The position numbers and the translations under genes are program-made. Shown here piece after piece: positions 10,056 through 20,358 of a DNA stretch of 64,000 nucleotides (positions are counted from its first letter, which is position 1; every line of letters starts with the position of its first letter). The stretch lies in assembly GCA_963758915.1 (NCBI GenBank), contig CAVWXH010000016.1, forward strand, positions 224,001 to 288,000. The letters are read 5' to 3'. The notes under the pieces are model-generated. The model was given only the letters and a program-made list of their open reading frames with translations. It had not been told where the DNA came from and searched no databases. Source of the stretch: an uncultured Methanomicrobiales archaeon. GTDB taxonomy: Archaea > Halobacteriota > Methanomicrobia > Methanomicrobiales > Methanospirillaceae.

Positions 10056-11116
10056 GCGAGGCTCCGGAGGACTGCCCCGAACTCACTCTCTACCACGTGC
10101 CGCACCCCGAGTGTTTTCGGATGAAGGTCAATTTCAACAACGACAAACTGGTGGCCGATCTCTTTTAAGGGTGCGACCTGTCGTGGGCCGTTTGTAATAG
10201 AATAACAGCAGATACCTTCTGTATACTCAGGTGGAATCGCATGGGGGACTCCTGCGAGAAGTGCGAAGTCCGGGTCAATTTCCCTGATCCGTTTTCCCAG
10301 CGCCTCCCCGTTTGCACCATATTCATCAAGTGCCCCGATAGTTTCCAGGGGGACTGAGGCATCAGAAAATGCTTTCCTGATTATTCCGGCATCACGCCGT
10401 ACCTTGGGAAGTCCGCGTTCTTCGAGGTTGGCGATGTAGTTGATATCCGCACCAGGACAGACCTCGTGGAGGGCTATCAGTTCATCGGCGAACATGTATG
10501 CGGTCTCTTTTTTCGCGTTCATCACTGCCACGCCCCGTTCACCCATTTTAATACGATTAAGGAGATCGACGGCAACTTTGTGCTTGAGGTCTCCGCGTGA
10601 TGGCTCGATATATGACTGGCTTGCGGCTCCCCTGAGGCGTTCCACCTCGTTCGCTTTTGAAAGTACGTATTTCTGGCGGTCGAGTTCTTCCGGACTGATC
10701 CAACCAGCTTCTGCCGCAGGGACCAGTGTGGCAATCACCCCGTCAATATTTTCAGGATACCCGGCATGGATGTCTACGACAATTGTCGGGGTCGTGATCC
10801 CTGAATCATCCACCGCTGATAACAGGTCTTCACCAATAATCATGGATACACAGGTGCCTACCACGGCCATTCTGTCAGGAGAAAATTCCCTTTCTGCATA
10901 CTGCAGCGCGGTAACCAGCGGGTCATGTCCACCGAAAATAAATTCGTTATCAGCCAGGGAAGTAGTCAGCACCCGTAAACCGTCCTCTTCGAGGAGACGG
11001 GCGTGCTTGAAGGAACAACCCGAAGGACCGTGCAGGATGGCGACATCCACTTCAAGGTCCCTTGCAGTATAAAGCGCGGCAACAATCGAACTCGGCCTTG
11101 GCTGCATGTATTTCAT
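10052..11116 (-). CDS. cfbD: Ni-sirohydrochlorin a,c-diamide reductive cyclase catalytic subunit
   Basis: QPRPSSIVAALYT, HGPSGCSFKHARLLEEDG, GTCVSMIIGED, EIDLHPKTLG. Confidence 0.95.
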   Translation of the reverse strand: MKYMQPRPSSIVAALYTARDLEVDVAILHGPSGCSFKHARLLEEDGLRVLTTSLADNEFIFGGHDPLVTALQYAEREFSPDRMAVVGTCVSMIIGEDLLSAVDDSGITTPTIVVDIHAGYPENIDGVIATLVPAAEAGWISPEELDRQKYVLSKANEVERLRGAASQSYIEPSRGDLKHKVAVDLLNRIKMGERGVAVMNAKKETAYMFADELIALHEVCPGADINYIANLEERGLPKVRRDAGIIRKAFSDASVPLETIGALDEYGANGEALGKRIREIDPDFALLAGVPHAIPPEYTEGICCYSITNGPRQVAPLKEIGHQFVVVEIDLHPKTLGVRHVVESEFGAVLRSLA

Positions 11117-11120
11117 CCTG

Positions 11121-12341
11121 TTATCTCCACGATTTAACTGCGAGTACCACGCACGCATCCTCCGGGGTTGCGAGTGCAGCGGACTTCCCCTCACAAAAGG
11201 TACCTGTGTAGGTAATCCTGTTTGTTTCCAGATATCTGGTTAGAGAAGATGCCATATACTCGTTCCTGTACTGTTCTCCGACAATAACAACCCGGCATGG
11301 CCTGACATTTTCTATTGTGCGGATAATCTCTTCAGGAAGGAATCCTTCACATACTGCGTGGGCCTCCTGACCGATGACCAGTACCAGGTCATCTTTACCG
11401 GAAACCGATCGTGCATACCGTGCGGCGTCTACTGTGGTATCCCTTGTTGTCCCACTGTTTGCATTGTCAATAACAAAATGCCCCTGCTCTGTTGTGACCG
11501 CCATTCTCCCTGGCAATGCAGTAAAATTCCGGAGTGAGACGGGATCGAAACCAAGCATACAGCCTGCTGCTGCAGCAACCATCAGTGGTGTTTTGTAACC
11601 GGCAAGTTCGAAGAGCGTGTTTTCAAACGATCCACTCACACCATTATAAGAATAATCACACCGGTCCCCGGATATCCGGACTATCTCATCCGCATGAACC
11701 ACGTCTGCACGTGATAAATAAACTCCCGGGGCAACAAGGAGACGCCGTGCATGTGCTGAAGAATCCATTTTGATGGCAAGTGCAGATTTCTTCCCGGCAG
11801 CGCACCGGTAATCAAGGGCTGAAGTAATTATTGCAAGGTCCCCGGCACCGGTAACCCCCAGCGACTCTTCCGCAACGAGCCAGCCTCCCTGCTTTCTTGC
11901 GGCAGCAACCACGGAGATCAGGGAGGCCGGTGTGATACTGCGCCTGAAAAGTTTTGCCTGTTCCGGGTAACGGTATGTCCCCCCCGAAGTATGGAGGATA
12001 CCGCATCCAGGCAGTATATGTGCTATTGCATGGGCTGTTGTTGTTTTTCCCTGTGCCCCTGTCAACTCGATCATGGGCTGAGGCAATTCGTCCCCGAGAA
12101 TCCATTTTACTGCTTCATGATGAGTGATCCGGGGGGTGCTCCGGTATTGTTGAAGGATTGGATGATCGGGGTTGAGATGCACGGGGACTATCAATCTGTC
12201 GTAGGAATTCCCCCCATGTGTTGAACTATCCCCTGCTGGCCCCCGGTAAACATCTACCATATCCACGTGATGCCCGGCGGCTGTCAGGGCATTGCCTATT
12301 TCTTTACCACCATGGATGGTATCGAGGACAAGGAGGTCCAT
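11121..12341 (-). CDS. cfbE: coenzyme F430 synthase
   Basis: LDTIHGG, PVHL, ITHH, TGAQGKTTT, ESLG, Mur-ligase-like GRM..DNANSG, VKSWR end. Confidence 0.92.
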   Translation of the reverse strand: MDLLVLDTIHGGKEIGNALTAAGHHVDMVDVYRGPAGDSSTHGGNSYDRLIVPVHLNPDHPILQQYRSTPRITHHEAVKWILGDELPQPMIELTGAQGKTTTAHAIAHILPGCGILHTSGGTYRYPEQAKLFRRSITPASLISVVAAARKQGGWLVAEESLGVTGAGDLAIITSALDYRCAAGKKSALAIKMDSSAHARRLLVAPGVYLSRADVVHADEIVRISGDRCDYSYNGVSGSFENTLFELAGYKTPLMVAAAAGCMLGFDPVSLRNFTALPGRMAVTTEQGHFVIDNANSGTTRDTTVDAARYARSVSGKDDLVLVIGQEAHAVCEGFLPEEIIRTIENVRPCRVVIVGEQYRNEYMASSLTRYLETNRITYTGTFCEGKSAALATPEDACVVLAVKSWR

Positions 12342-12348
12342 TTTTTAT

Positions 12349-12750
12349 TCAGATCAGAGCTAATGCGTTTTTGGCATTTTTAGCCATCAGGTCCGCAAGG
12401 AGTGGGTCTGATCCAATAGGCTCAGCATATACGAGCGGGATTTCCCTGCCATTCATTGCGAAAGTCCCTTTATATGCCCCTTCCGGGAGACCGATTAATC
12501 CTGGAATATCTTTCAGGATATGCACACCTTTGGCAAGGAAGAGTGGGACAATGACAAGTGCATCAATATTTTCCTTTTTGAACTCATTGAGGCTCTCTTC
12601 GATGCTTGGGGAGTTCATATTCATGAAGGCGCATTTCACGACGTACTCGGGGTGCCTTTCCTGGACTATTTTACCTGTTGATTCAACGAGATCCTGATTG
12701 TAGGGGAGTTTGCTTCCATGTCCTACGAGTAACATTCCCTTCCTTTCCAT
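12349..12750 (-). CDS. cfbA: sirohydrochlorin nickelochelatase
   Basis: LVGHGSKLPYN, PLFLAKGVHILKDIP; CbiXS-size chelatase heading the cfb cluster. Confidence 0.92.
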   Translation of the reverse strand: MERKGMLLVGHGSKLPYNQDLVESTGKIVQERHPEYVVKCAFMNMNSPSIEESLNEFKKENIDALVIVPLFLAKGVHILKDIPGLIGLPEGAYKGTFAMNGREIPLVYAEPIGSDPLLADLMAKNAKNALALI

Positions 12751-13159
12751 ATAGTAAATACTGGTGTGGCGAGTCTTAAAATTGTTACCAAATTATCCTT
12801 ACTTCCAATATTTGCTATATTACTCCCTTTCTTTGTAAAATACGGAAAATAATTCACTTGTCACAGGATAAAAAAACCATGTGGTTCGAAGGGATGACTT
12901 CATAACCGGTAACCAAACAGCCAAAACAGGAGTTAATGAGCATGGTTAGTGCCCGGATTATTGGGTTCACACCCTGGTGATACGGTGAAAAAATCCGGTC
13001 AACGCTTTTTAGTCTCAAATTCAAAGCAAATTTTAAAATTAACCATGATTTTCAGTATTATATTGTTATGAGTACAATAGTTTTGTTCTTTGTGAAACAA
13101 CTCCGGTTGACATCACGCCAAAAGTAATTTTGCCTGTGACTTTCAATTTATATGAATCC

Positions 13160-14296
13160 ATGATGGAGCACTTTGAGAGATTCGGACTTCTGATAAATAA
13201 CCAGGTGGTGCGGACACCCGTCGCTATAGCTTCTATGGCAGGATATGTCGATGCGGAGTACGTGCGTGCCCGTGAGAAGCACATCGGTCTGGCATTTATC
13301 GGAGGGTACTCCATCGATGAACCGGCAATGAGGGCAAGTGTGCTGATGGCTTCGGGAGGGAGGGAGGAATTCCTTCGAGAGGATATGATTTCCGAACTGC
13401 ACAGCCAGGTCTCCCGCATGGCCGGAAGTGATGTTGTACTCGGGATCAACATGAGAGGATGTTCTCCCGCAGCCTTTACCACGGTCGCTGAAGAGTTTGG
13501 TGATGGTGTGGTCTATGAAATTGATGCCCATTGCCGCCAGCTACCCATGGTAGAGGCGGGGTCCGGTGAATATTACCTTAAAAACCCTGCAAAGCTTACC
13601 GACATAGTTACAACACTTAAAAAGTCTGGTGTAACTGTTTCTGTTAAAATCCGGGCAGGCGTCGCCACTGATGACCGCGCACTGGCGAAGGCCCTGTGGA
13701 AAGCAGGGGCGGACATTCTTCATGTTGACCTGATGGATTTTGGGTACCTTAAACTTAAGCAAATCAGGAACAGCTGCCCTGTCCTTTTAATTGCAAATAA
13801 CTCGCTGAATACGTTTGACCGCGTAAAGGACATGTTTGCTCATGGTGCAGACATGGTCTCGCTCGCAAGAAAATCAGATGAACGGACATTATCCGGGCTC
13901 GATGCGGCTATTACAAGGTATACCGATGAGCAGGGGTGGTACAATGCGCCAAAACAACTCTGCCGTGGCGGGGATATAAGGGCACTTACCTTCTGCTGTA
14001 TGCCCGTGAAAAGCTGCCCGTTAATTCCCACGCTTGATAGTCTCGGTATAAAGCGGGATGAATATATCAGGCTGAAGGAGGAATCCGTTCTGGGTACTCC
14101 TCTTGAGGCGGGAAAAAATACCTGTTTCGGAAGCCTTGCATGGTGCTGCAAGAACTCATCCCCCTGTATGTTCCGTGATATCACACTTCAACAGGCCGGG
14201 ATTCCCAGCAAGGAATATATGCGGTTGAAACGTCAGCTTTCTGAAAAGATAATTCATCATATCTACAATGACAGGGAAGGGGATGACGCCTGCTGA
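13160..14296 (+). CDS. methanogenesis marker protein 9 (Dus-like TIM barrel plus Cys-rich C-terminal domain)
   Basis: ASMAG, EIDAHCRQ, VSVKIR; duplicated LCRGGDIRALTFCC..CP and TCFGSLAWCCK..PC motifs. Confidence 0.85.
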   Translation: MMEHFERFGLLINNQVVRTPVAIASMAGYVDAEYVRAREKHIGLAFIGGYSIDEPAMRASVLMASGGREEFLREDMISELHSQVSRMAGSDVVLGINMRGCSPAAFTTVAEEFGDGVVYEIDAHCRQLPMVEAGSGEYYLKNPAKLTDIVTTLKKSGVTVSVKIRAGVATDDRALAKALWKAGADILHVDLMDFGYLKLKQIRNSCPVLLIANNSLNTFDRVKDMFAHGADMVSLARKSDERTLSGLDAAITRYTDEQGWYNAPKQLCRGGDIRALTFCCMPVKSCPLIPTLDSLGIKRDEYIRLKEESVLGTPLEAGKNTCFGSLAWCCKNSSPCMFRDITLQQAGIPSKEYMRLKRQLSEKIIHHIYNDREGDDAC

Positions 14297-15089
14297 GCAG
14301 GCACAGATGGCAATGATGCTCGAGGTCACCGCATATCCCAAACCAGGGAATGTTGACCGCTGCCATGATTACCCTAGCACCTGCCTCGAACATTTCCTTG
14401 CATCGATTATTCTCTCACGACCTTCATTTGAAAGGGCATCGGAACCAGGTGCCTCGGTGGGCGCACTTATTTATGATGCGGTTCAGCGCACTAATGTCCA
14501 TTCCGGGGGAAATACCCATTTTGGAGCGTTTATGCTCCTTATTCCTCTCATAATGGGGGGGGATATCCCCGGTGCGATGAGGGTTGTCCGTGCTACCACT
14601 GTTAATGATGCTGTGGACTTTTACAAGGCGTTTGGGATGACCCAGGTGAGAGTACTGTCTTATGATAGTCTCGACGTGAATGATCCCTCTGCCCTTGACA
14701 CCATCAGGCAGCAGCAGCTGACCCTGTACGATATTATGGGTCATTCATCGGAAAATGACATGATCGCAAGGGAATGGACAAGTGGATTTAAAAAGGTGAG
14801 AATGGGGGCTGACTGTCTTAAGGCCAACGGGCGAGGAAGAAATTCAATTGTAATGTCTTTTTTAGATCTCCTTTGTGATGAGCCTGACACGTTTATTATC
14901 AAGAAACACGGGTGTGAAATTGCAGAAAAAACAATGGAAAGGGCCCGCGAGGTGCGCAAAGGCACCCTCGAACTCGCTACGTTTGACAGGAATTGTATCT
15001 ATGCCGGCATTAACCCCGGTTCAACTGCAGATATCATTATCGGGTCTCTCTATATTGCAATGGGGGAAGGATGGCAATGGGACTCTTAA
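14283..15089 (+). CDS. citG: CitG-family triphosphoribosyl-dephospho-CoA synthase-like protein
   Basis: LEVTAYPKPGNV, GNTHFG, DTFIIKKHG, INPGSTADI. Confidence 0.85.
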   Translation: MTPAEQAQMAMMLEVTAYPKPGNVDRCHDYPSTCLEHFLASIILSRPSFERASEPGASVGALIYDAVQRTNVHSGGNTHFGAFMLLIPLIMGGDIPGAMRVVRATTVNDAVDFYKAFGMTQVRVLSYDSLDVNDPSALDTIRQQQLTLYDIMGHSSENDMIAREWTSGFKKVRMGADCLKANGRGRNSIVMSFLDLLCDEPDTFIIKKHGCEIAEKTMERAREVRKGTLELATFDRNCIYAGINPGSTADIIIGSLYIAMGEGWQWDS

Positions 15090-15637
15090 ACGAAGGGATT
15101 AACGAAATAATAGCGACAACTCACCTGAATGCAGCCCCTATAGGGATTATCCGGAGAAACGAAAAGCTCCGCATGGTCCTGTACCACGGCTCTCACACTG
15201 CGGAACGGGTAGTTTCCGGAGGCTGGGTTGTTGCAAACTTCATTTTTGATCCGGTACTGTATGTTACCACGGCCTTTGATGACCTGCCTGAAGAGCTATT
15301 TATTGAGGAAAATGCCGGAGAATTCACCGTTGAAAGACTTTCCTCCTGTGAAGCATGGGCGGCTTACAAGGCAAAGGTCGAACGTAGTACCGGGCAGAGC
15401 CTGCTTATCTCACTGGAGCCTGTCAGGGAAGAGATCGGAAATCTCGTGTTACATCCTGTAAACCGGGGCTTTAACAGTATCATTGATGCCACAGTTCATG
15501 GTACACGGTACAAAGTGACCCGTGAAAAGGGATTGCTGGATTTAATTGAATATCACGCGGGAATTATTAAAAAGTGCGGAGGCCCCCGGGAATCAGAAGC
15601 ACTGATACTTCTTTTTGACTATATTGACTATCCCTGA
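15071..15637 (+). CDS. DUF447 family protein
   Basis: EIIATT.LNAAPIGI, GSHT, VNRGFNSIIDATVHGTR. Confidence 0.8.
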   Translation: MAMGLLNEGINEIIATTHLNAAPIGIIRRNEKLRMVLYHGSHTAERVVSGGWVVANFIFDPVLYVTTAFDDLPEELFIEENAGEFTVERLSSCEAWAAYKAKVERSTGQSLLISLEPVREEIGNLVLHPVNRGFNSIIDATVHGTRYKVTREKGLLDLIEYHAGIIKKCGGPRESEALILLFDYIDYP

Positions 15638-15728
15638 TATTTCAGCGAGGGTCTGGAAAATATTAACGTCCTGGCTGATATGAAAAACTCCGGTCAAACA
15701 TCTGAAAGATAACCTTTTTCATGCTCAT

Positions 15729-15749
15729 CTATGAGCCAAAGGCTCATAG
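15729..15749. terminator. perfect 9-bp hairpin between convergent genes
   Basis: CTATGAGCC-AAA-GGCTCATAG. Confidence 0.35.
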
Positions 15750-15801
15750 CACGCTAATGTTGAAGCACGCATGAACGGGACTAAAAAACAGGGGTGATCT
15801 T

Positions 15802-16797
15802 TCAGCAGACACGGGGTACCGGGTCGCCTATTGGGGGCTCAATGAACCGCTCTCCTCCAATTGGCGTCTCCATAATTACCCCCGATCCCTTTGTGACCAT
15901 CCCAACAATTGCGGCATCCCTGCCATATTTATGGGATTTTATCGCAGCCAGGATGGCCCCGGCATCTGCCTCCGGGACCCCCATTACAACTTTTCCCTCG
16001 TTGGCTACTTCAAGAGGGTCGATACCCAGCATACCAGCAGCACTGCGGACGCTTTTACGCAACGGGAGTGCCTCTTCATATATCCGCACACCAGTACCTG
16101 ACTTTCTCGCCATTTCATTGATTGCGCTGGCAAATCCCCCCCGTGTCGGGTCTTTCATCGCGTGAATACGACCTGCACCAAGGGCTTCCTTTACAAGTCC
16201 CCAGACCGGGGCAACATCGGAACGGATCTGCTCCCCAAGGTCAAAGCCCTCCCTGTGCGCAAGGATTGCTATTCCGTGATCCCCAAGCGTCCCGCTCACA
16301 ATGATCCGGTCGCCGGGAACAAGGCCGTTATCACGAACAATTTCTTCTGCTACACCGATCCCCGAGGTATTGATCATGATTCCATCTAGCGCTCCACGTT
16401 CCATTACCTTTGTATCGCCGGTGACGAGATTCGCACCTGCTTCACCAAGTGCCTCGTCCATTGAAGCAACGATCCGTTCGAGGTCGCTGATCTCGAACCC
16501 TTCTTCAATAACCATCCCGCAGGAGAGGGCGATTGGGCACCCCCCCATCATCGCGAGGTCATTTACCGTCCCGGCAATTGCAATGCGTCCAATGTCGCCC
16601 CCCGGGAAAAAGATCGGTCTCACAATATGCGAATCGGTAGTGAACACAATATTTTTTCCGCCGATTGGAAATACTGCGCCATCATCCAGGGATTCAAGTC
16701 CGATTCCTCCGGCATTGTTATGGGTAATCTTTGTAAGGACGCGAAGAAGTTCACCCATCACTTCCCCGCCGGCTCCGTGCATCATATTGACTTTCAT
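15802..16797 (-). CDS. hypE: hydrogenase maturation protein HypE
   Basis: HGAGG, FTTDSH, GTVNDLAM, GDTKV, DPTRGG, ANEGK, terminal PRVC. Confidence 0.96.
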   Translation of the reverse strand: MKVNMMHGAGGEVMGELLRVLTKITHNNAGGIGLESLDDGAVFPIGGKNIVFTTDSHIVRPIFFPGGDIGRIAIAGTVNDLAMMGGCPIALSCGMVIEEGFEISDLERIVASMDEALGEAGANLVTGDTKVMERGALDGIMINTSGIGVAEEIVRDNGLVPGDRIIVSGTLGDHGIAILAHREGFDLGEQIRSDVAPVWGLVKEALGAGRIHAMKDPTRGGFASAINEMARKSGTGVRIYEEALPLRKSVRSAAGMLGIDPLEVANEGKVVMGVPEADAGAILAAIKSHKYGRDAAIVGMVTKGSGVIMETPIGGERFIEPPIGDPVPRVC

Positions 16798-16800
16798 CGT

Positions 16801-17136
16801 TCAGTCAACCTCTACTTCGATATTTGAGACAAGGACCTCTTTTCCCCTGACTAACTCCGGTAATGCTCCACATACAGGGCAGACATAAAGAGTTGTCCCT
16901 TCATATCCACAGATACACTTTACCTCCGCGGGAATCGTTTTGGTCTCAAGTGTTACCCCCTTAAAAAGCGGGTCTTCTTCTGCAATTGCATGGAACAGGA
17001 ACTCCACCTGGTCTGGATTAACCATGGCCATCTCGCCGATATCGATATATATCCGCTTTACCTGGATCGCCCGGTGTTCGAGTGCCGCTTTCCGTGCTGT
17101 TGCATAGATATCATATGCAATGCTGTATTCATGCAT
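16801..17136 (-). CDS. hypA: hydrogenase nickel metallochaperone HypA
   Basis: MHEYSIA; CxC and CPVC zinc motifs. Confidence 0.93.
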   Translation of the reverse strand: MHEYSIAYDIYATARKAALEHRAIQVKRIYIDIGEMAMVNPDQVEFLFHAIAEEDPLFKGVTLETKTIPAEVKCICGYEGTTLYVCPVCGALPELVRGKEVLVSNIEVEVD

Positions 17137-17294
17137 CCGGAAAATACTCCTGCTGTATCCTTAGTTATATACCCATTCTATGGTGATAAAGGCGGGGCAC
17201 CAGGCCCTGGAAACCCCCTGGCTCCCGGGTTCTTTATTACCCATTCATGTCCGTTTATTCAAATACAATCGCAGGTAACTATGACTGTACTTCT

Positions 17295-17945
17295 ATGTTT
17301 CCGGGTCTCCCTGATTTTTTCACACAGATTGATAAGACCGTTCCCATGATGACCGAATCATATGGTTTCTGGGTCTATTGCATATTTTTTATCCTGATCC
17401 TTTTTGAGACCGGCGTGATAATTACACCGTTCCTGCCCGGGGACTCACTGTTATTTGTTGCAGGGATGGTGGCAGCGCAGGGAAGTCTTGATATCGTGTG
17501 GCTGGTTATGACGTTCCTCGTTGCAGGTATTGCAGGTGATACCCTGAACTACTGGATCGGCAACCATATCGGTTTCCGGGTTGTACAGCAACGCTTTCCT
17601 TCAATCGTCCGGAAAAAATATATCAGCCGGACGTATGGATTTTTTGAGCGATATGGCGGGAAAACTATTTTTTTCGCCCGTTTTATACCATTACTCAGGA
17701 CATTTGCCCCGTTCCTTGCGGGAGTGGTCTCAATGGACTACCGGCGGTTTGTTTTTTTCAACGTGGCGGGGGCTATCGTCTGGGCTTTCCTGTTAACCAT
17801 GGCCGGTTACTATCTGGGTTCAATTCCGTTTATCCGGGACAACCTATCCCTTTTCATCACGTTGTTCATTATCCTGACCATGATATCAATCATCATATTC
17901 GCGGCAGGTTTGATCAAAGCTGTAAGGGATGGCAGCATGGAATGA
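17295..17945 (+). CDS. DedA/VTT-family membrane protein
   Basis: ETG...PFLPGDSLLF, GDTLNYWIG, ARFIPLLRTFAPFLAG; start may be 17247. Confidence 0.9.
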   Translation: MFPGLPDFFTQIDKTVPMMTESYGFWVYCIFFILILFETGVIITPFLPGDSLLFVAGMVAAQGSLDIVWLVMTFLVAGIAGDTLNYWIGNHIGFRVVQQRFPSIVRKKYISRTYGFFERYGGKTIFFARFIPLLRTFAPFLAGVVSMDYRRFVFFNVAGAIVWAFLLTMAGYYLGSIPFIRDNLSLFITLFIILTMISIIIFAAGLIKAVRDGSME

Positions 17946-18048
17946 CAGGATGATGGATGATGGGATGCCAGGCGCAGTATCCCGGATATAAGCCTGTATT
18001 ACCAGGAAAATAGTGGGGTATTGGTAGAATATGAGGGTTTCCGGGTTA

Positions 18049-19128
18049 CTATTTAGGTAAATGGACTACACTGAGCCCTTTATTATCCACGTTCGTCCTG
18101 ATTGCAATTTTCAGCCCCAGGGGGTGAAGCACTGATTCAACAAATTCATGACTCCGGTTTGTGATGATGGCAATTGCCGGACCAACCGAACTCATACCCA
18201 CAAACTCAAGCCCGGCATCACGAAGCTGGCTCATGATATGGTAGATGGCGAAACTATGATGTTCCACTTCTGCCCGTTTCGAGCCCCTGAAATCTATCTC
18301 CCATATCACATCACCAACTTTTTTAAGATCCCCGGATTCGATTGCAGGGACCATATCCATCATAATCATATAGGCTTTCAGTTCGCGGTCACGGTAGTCG
18401 AGCATTCTTGCCTTATTCATCAGGAGGTCAAATTCCTGGTCTCCTGCCGATGAGATATCTGTCGGTGGAATAACAATATACACGTGGCTCTCATCGGCAA
18501 ACGGGTGGTGATATATCAAAGAAAGTTCGTCGCCCATTACTGCCATGCCCCCGTGGACACTCACTGCGGGACCGACCCCTGTCTCAAACCCGGATGCGAT
18601 TCTTCCATCTGCGGTTTCTTCAACATAGTTGTAACCAACGAGTTTCCGGAGCTGGTCATCAGTCAGCGGGGACCCGACAGACACATTGAGTGCTTTTGCA
18701 AGTGCAATCATTACCGTACTGGTTGATCCGAGTCCTACATGCTTATGCTCATGGTCCCGTGCCCTGATGCGGAATCCTCCGGTATACCCAATGGTCTTCC
18801 GGAACACACTGACAAAATGCCGGATCAATGCTGCACGGGAGTAATCTATCTCAAGGCCTTCCCGGGTGCACTCAACTGAAACAGTACAGTATACCTGGAT
18901 TGCAAAACCGATCCCTCCTCCCCCCGGGCGATCAGGAGAGAAACGGTTCATATCCAGCACTGTAAGGTGAATCCTTGCCGGTGCGTTAACGGTTATAACT
19001 TCATCCGCCGGTACAAGTGAATAGGACCCTTCATATCCCAGAGTCCTGATATTTTCGCCTGGAGAAAACGATGTAAATTCATACTCGACGAGGTCGAGGT
19101 CCCCGCCGCGTATCTTCATTATTGCCAT
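18049..19128 (-). CDS. GHMP-kinase-family protein, beta-RFAP synthase (MptG)-like
   Basis: APARIHLT, HVGLGSTS, GMSSVGP. Confidence 0.75.
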   Translation of the reverse strand: MAIMKIRGGDLDLVEYEFTSFSPGENIRTLGYEGSYSLVPADEVITVNAPARIHLTVLDMNRFSPDRPGGGGIGFAIQVYCTVSVECTREGLEIDYSRAALIRHFVSVFRKTIGYTGGFRIRARDHEHKHVGLGSTSTVMIALAKALNVSVGSPLTDDQLRKLVGYNYVEETADGRIASGFETGVGPAVSVHGGMAVMGDELSLIYHHPFADESHVYIVIPPTDISSAGDQEFDLLMNKARMLDYRDRELKAYMIMMDMVPAIESGDLKKVGDVIWEIDFRGSKRAEVEHHSFAIYHIMSQLRDAGLEFVGMSSVGPAIAIITNRSHEFVESVLHPLGLKIAIRTNVDNKGLSVVHLPK

Positions 19129-19152
19129 CCTGGAAATCACCTTTGTTTGCAG

Positions 19153-19703
19153 TTATCTGTCAAAGAATATGTTCTTTCCTGATCCTTTGAGTGGGATACC
19201 ATATACAGATGTACCTCCATTGAGCCACCCAAGGGCACGTGCGGCAACTCCGGCTGAATACATGATCCTGTTATCCACATTATGCACCTGGGCCGTCTTC
19301 ACGGCTGATCCGACCGCGATATCAAGATCTGAAATCCTGATAATGCAGTTAGGCCCGGCAAACGGAACACTGGCAGGTTCTTTTTGGGCGAATGCATCCT
19401 GTAAGTCAGTACAGGTTGGAAAACCACATCCCTGGCAATTGACACCCACAGCCACCGCTCCCCTGATACCGAAAAGGACACAGGCATCGCTTACGGCCAT
19501 GCATTTTCCATCCCTGATAAAAAACGGGACGGCATTTCGTTCACCAATGGCAACCATCTCGTCTGCGAGCTGCTTTAACTCCGTATCCGAGATTTTTTTA
19601 GTTTTAATTTCATCTACGCCCCGTGCTTTCTGGGCCGCCCTCGCCGGAGGACCATCAGGCCAGCCACCGTCCTGATTGCCTCAGTCTCTTCAGTCTGGGG
19701 TAT
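19153..19703 (-). pseudogene. DUF2148-type ferredoxin-domain protein, N-terminus disrupted
   Basis: NCQGCGFPTC, GSAVKTA...VDNRIMYSAG, KNIFFDR; the upstream AIRTVAGLM..AR(A)A(Q)KARG part is out of frame and has no ATG. Confidence 0.65.
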
Positions 19704-19842
19704 CGTCAGATGCACGACAATTTAAATTCGATCTACCCGCCTTCAATTATGGTTAAATGGGTTGAAAAAAAGATTTGGTGACCGATTGTAGTTACCCTTT
19801 CAGTGAGATTTTGTCAGGCAGGTGTCCATCCTTTCAACGACT

Positions 19843-20358
19843 CTATGATGTTACAACAATTTGTGCAAGAACTACTGCGAGGTTCACGGACTCGTTACCG
19901 GTTGCATCCCCTTTTGCGTACAGGTAATCAACAACCCCGATGGTTTGTCCGGAAAGGAATCCGCTTTCACCCTGGTTACCTTTATGCCAGGCATATCCGG
20001 AATCAGCTATTTTTTCTTCACTGACTGAATAATTTCCAAGTTCCTTCTTCATGGAACTGAATGAATTTTGTGCAGCTGAAATTGAGGGATACCTGGTAAG
20101 GGTGACCACTATCGTGTCACCATTAGCCGCGAGAAGTTGCTGCCTGCAGGAACCTTCTGCACAGAGGGAGCTGTTAATATACCAGTCCTGCGGGGACCTC
20201 TCAAGGTAACCGTCAAACATTGACAACCTCTCATACAGATCTGATTTCCCGGTCAGTACCGGGGTATTTTTTTCTTTAGAGGTACCTGATGTGCCCATAC
20301 ATCCCGCTGTCAATAATCCCAGTAGTACAAGTGCAACTAACCAATTGTTACTATTCAT
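19843..20358 (-). CDS. putative lipoprotein
   Basis: Lipobox LLTAGC after a hydrophobic stretch. Confidence 0.7.
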   Translation of the reverse strand: MNSNNWLVALVLLGLLTAGCMGTSGTSKEKNTPVLTGKSDLYERLSMFDGYLERSPQDWYINSSLCAEGSCRQQLLAANGDTIVVTLTRYPSISAAQNSFSSMKKELGNYSVSEEKIADSGYAWHKGNQGESGFLSGQTIGVVDYLYAKGDATGNESVNLAVVLAQIVVTS

